Below, one piece after another: positions 62,261-64,000 of a DNA stretch of 64,000 nt (positions are counted from its first letter, which is position 1; each line of letters begins with the position of its first letter). Under the pieces are notes generated by a model. It searched no databases and was not told the DNA's origin. It saw only the letters and a list, made by a program, of their open reading frames with translations. The stretch comes from Rickettsiales bacterium (GTDB lineage Bacteria; Pseudomonadota; Alphaproteobacteria; Rs-D84). The DNA lies in contig JAITCH010000003.1 in NCBI GenBank assembly GCA_031283185.1, positions 39,900-103,899 on the forward strand, read 5' to 3'. A program made the position numbers and the translations under genes.

Positions 62261-63025
62261 ATGGATAGAACAATTTATAATGGCGATTGTTTTGAGATTA
62301 TGGAGCGGCTTGCGGCTGAGAATCCGAACGGCCTTGTTGACTGCATAATAACCGATCCGCCATATTTTCTTTCTAATGGCGGTCTCAGTTGTCAGGCAGG
62401 CAAAGCAGTCATTGTGGATAAGGGCGATTGGGACAAGTCTATGGGCGTTTTGGAAAATCACGCATTTAATCGCCGCTGGCTGGCACTTTGTCAAAAACTT
62501 TTGAAACCCAATGGCACTATTTGGGTGTCTGGCACACATCATGTCATTCATTCTATTGGCTTTGCTATGCAAGAACTTGAAATGAAAATACTTAACGAAA
62601 TATCTTGGGAAAAGCCGAATCCTCCACCCAACTTATCCTGTCGGTATTTTACGCATTCAACCGAGACAATAATATGGGCGGCTAAAAACGAGAATTCCAA
62701 ACATTGCTTTAATTATGATCTTATGCGATCAATTAACGGCGGCAAGCAGATGAAAACCGTTTGGCAATTTCTGCCGCCCAGCAATGATGAAAAGTTTTAT
62801 GGCAAGCATCCCACACAAAAACCAGTAAAACTTATGGAGCGTTTTATACAGGCTTCAACTATGCCGGGGAATGTAATTTTAGATCCTTTTATGGGAAGCG
62901 GGACGACCGGGGTTGCTGCACTTATGCACGACAGGCAGTTCATAGGTATAGAGCAGGATGCCGAGCATTTCAAATTGGCGGAAAAGAGACTTGAAGATGT
63001 TCCGAATTTGTTAGAGGTCGCATAA
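62261..63025 (+). CDS. beta-class N6-adenine DNA methyltransferase (CcrM/HinfI-like architecture)
   Basis: 254 aa; CIITDPPYF motif IV precedes HPTQKPVKLMERFI and DPFMGSGTTGVAA motif I. Confidence 0.88.
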   Translation: MDRTIYNGDCFEIMERLAAENPNGLVDCIITDPPYFLSNGGLSCQAGKAVIVDKGDWDKSMGVLENHAFNRRWLALCQKLLKPNGTIWVSGTHHVIHSIGFAMQELEMKILNEISWEKPNPPPNLSCRYFTHSTETIIWAAKNENSKHCFNYDLMRSINGGKQMKTVWQFLPPSNDEKFYGKHPTQKPVKLMERFIQASTMPGNVILDPFMGSGTTGVAALMHDRQFIGIEQDAEHFKLAEKRLEDVPNLLEVA

Positions 63026-63555
63026 TGAAAAAAGATGGCATAGGCGGAGCAAATACAAAAACCGGACTTGCATTTGAGGGGAAGACCGATCTGGAAACAT
63101 TCCTGAAAAAACAGAAAGGCTATTCTGTTATCAAAAACGAATTCACAGAGATAGTTTATAATAAAAAATCTGTGGCGTATATTTTCAAGAAACACGATCT
63201 TTACAAATTCTTGGATTCCCGAAATGTTGATTGGAAATCTATTTTATCAAAGAAACTTCTGCCTGATGATTCTATTTATGTGGTCGTGAACAATACACTA
63301 TTTATTATTGAAATTAAATATCAACAGGTTACGGGATCGACGGATGAAAAATTGCAGACTTGTGATTTCAAGAAAAAACAATATAAGAAATTATTAGCAC
63401 CGCTGAATATAGATGTTGAGTATATTTATCTGCTAAACGATTGGTTCAAAAAGCCCGAATATAAAGATGTGCTTGACTATATAGTATCAGTAGGATGTTC
63501 ATATTACTTTAATTATATTCCGTTGAATAAATTCAATTTACCCGTTCCCAAATAA
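63025..63555 (+). CDS. putative type II restriction endonuclease (partner of 62261 methylase)
   Basis: 176 aa; ATG overlaps methylase stop; candidate PD-ExK core DDSIYVVVNNTLFIIEIKYQ; AT-rich. Confidence 0.5.
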   Translation: MKKDGIGGANTKTGLAFEGKTDLETFLKKQKGYSVIKNEFTEIVYNKKSVAYIFKKHDLYKFLDSRNVDWKSILSKKLLPDDSIYVVVNNTLFIIEIKYQQVTGSTDEKLQTCDFKKKQYKKLLAPLNIDVEYIYLLNDWFKKPEYKDVLDYIVSVGCSYYFNYIPLNKFNLPVPK

Positions 63556-63594
63556 TAAAATATGAACATACAAATGGGAATAGGGGGACGGGGA

Positions 63595-64000
63595 TTACAT
63601 AGATTTTGATTTGTTCAATCTATCCAGCGCGGCGCGGAATGAATCATTGAAATCGCTGCAACATCCACCGCAACTTACCGCAATGCGTCCCGCGCTCCAA
63701 GCAAAGTTGCGGATTCCATCCAATCGATTGCCCACAAAAATTCCGAAATTTAATGCCTGTCCATTATCCTGAACCGGCACGCCCAAGGCGCGGCACCACC
63801 TGGTCGGCTTGTTAAAATTATATTCTTCTGGAACTGCTTTGCCGACACATTTCGCGTAATCGCCATCGTGAAATTTTGCGGGAATAATCAAAAACTGGTC
63901 TATGTTTATCTGATATTTTGCGCCCAGTTCTACGAATTTGGAAAAGTTATTTCCGATAAAATCATTATCCTTTTCATCCAATTTATATTCCGGCTGCCAA
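63595..64000 (-). CDS. hypothetical protein, dispersed modular family, 5'-truncated by window edge
   Basis: Frame stays open to position 64000 (...WQPEYKLDEKDND aligns with YYWKPEYRFD in paralogs); C-terminus FRAALDRLNKSKSM. Confidence 0.75.
   Translation of the reverse strand, partial: WQPEYKLDEKDNDFIGNNFSKFVELGAKYQINIDQFLIIPAKFHDGDYAKCVGKAVPEEYNFNKPTRWCRALGVPVQDNGQALNFGIFVGNRLDGIRNFAWSAGRIAVSCGGCCSDFNDSFRAALDRLNKSKSM

Overview
Chromosomal segment that looks alphaproteobacterial: the RpoA N-terminus, the r-protein operon order and the skp-fabZ neighbourhood all fit. I infer a host-associated Rickettsiales/Holosporales-like lineage from the dense short palindromic repeats (some in-frame inside genes), Pmp-repeat autotransporters, an orphan VirD4 and the missing lpx genes. 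Positions 1-10.3 kb carry an ordinary S10-spc-alpha ribosomal operon (rplB' to rpoA). It is unusual only for a small extra ORF between rplO and secY, a Lys/Ala-rich L15 tail, and the absence of adk and rplQ. The remaining 54 kb is a mosaic of housekeeping genes (fabZ, skp, rluB-like, comEC, infA, secG, pfk, tRNA-Pro) and accessory material. The accessory material includes two type II R-M pairs, two toxin-antitoxin pairs (higBA, phd/parE), a RhuM module, two Bro-N paralogs, two autotransporters and a VirD4/TraG coupling protein. The main candidate for a new system is a family of large Sec-exported proteins. Four lie in an array at 30.0-38.6 kb and a fifth at 45.8-48.8 kb. All share a disordered (A/S)RSA-repeat region and an invariant cysteine signature, C-x3-[YL]-x2-C-[MF]-D-x-[FYI]-C-x6-8-[RH]-C-x-C-S, that I cannot assign to any known family. 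Three further signals stand out. A modular multigene family of about 60-250 aa has 9 members, two of them flanking virD4 as inverted repeats and one behind a G9-containing promoter. A duplicated leader cassette carries an in-frame (AC)n Thr-His mini-ORF and a covarying terminator hairpin. A set of extended -10 promoters lies only 5-9 nt from start codons, suggesting leaderless mRNAs. No rRNA, CRISPR array, transposase or integrase was seen.
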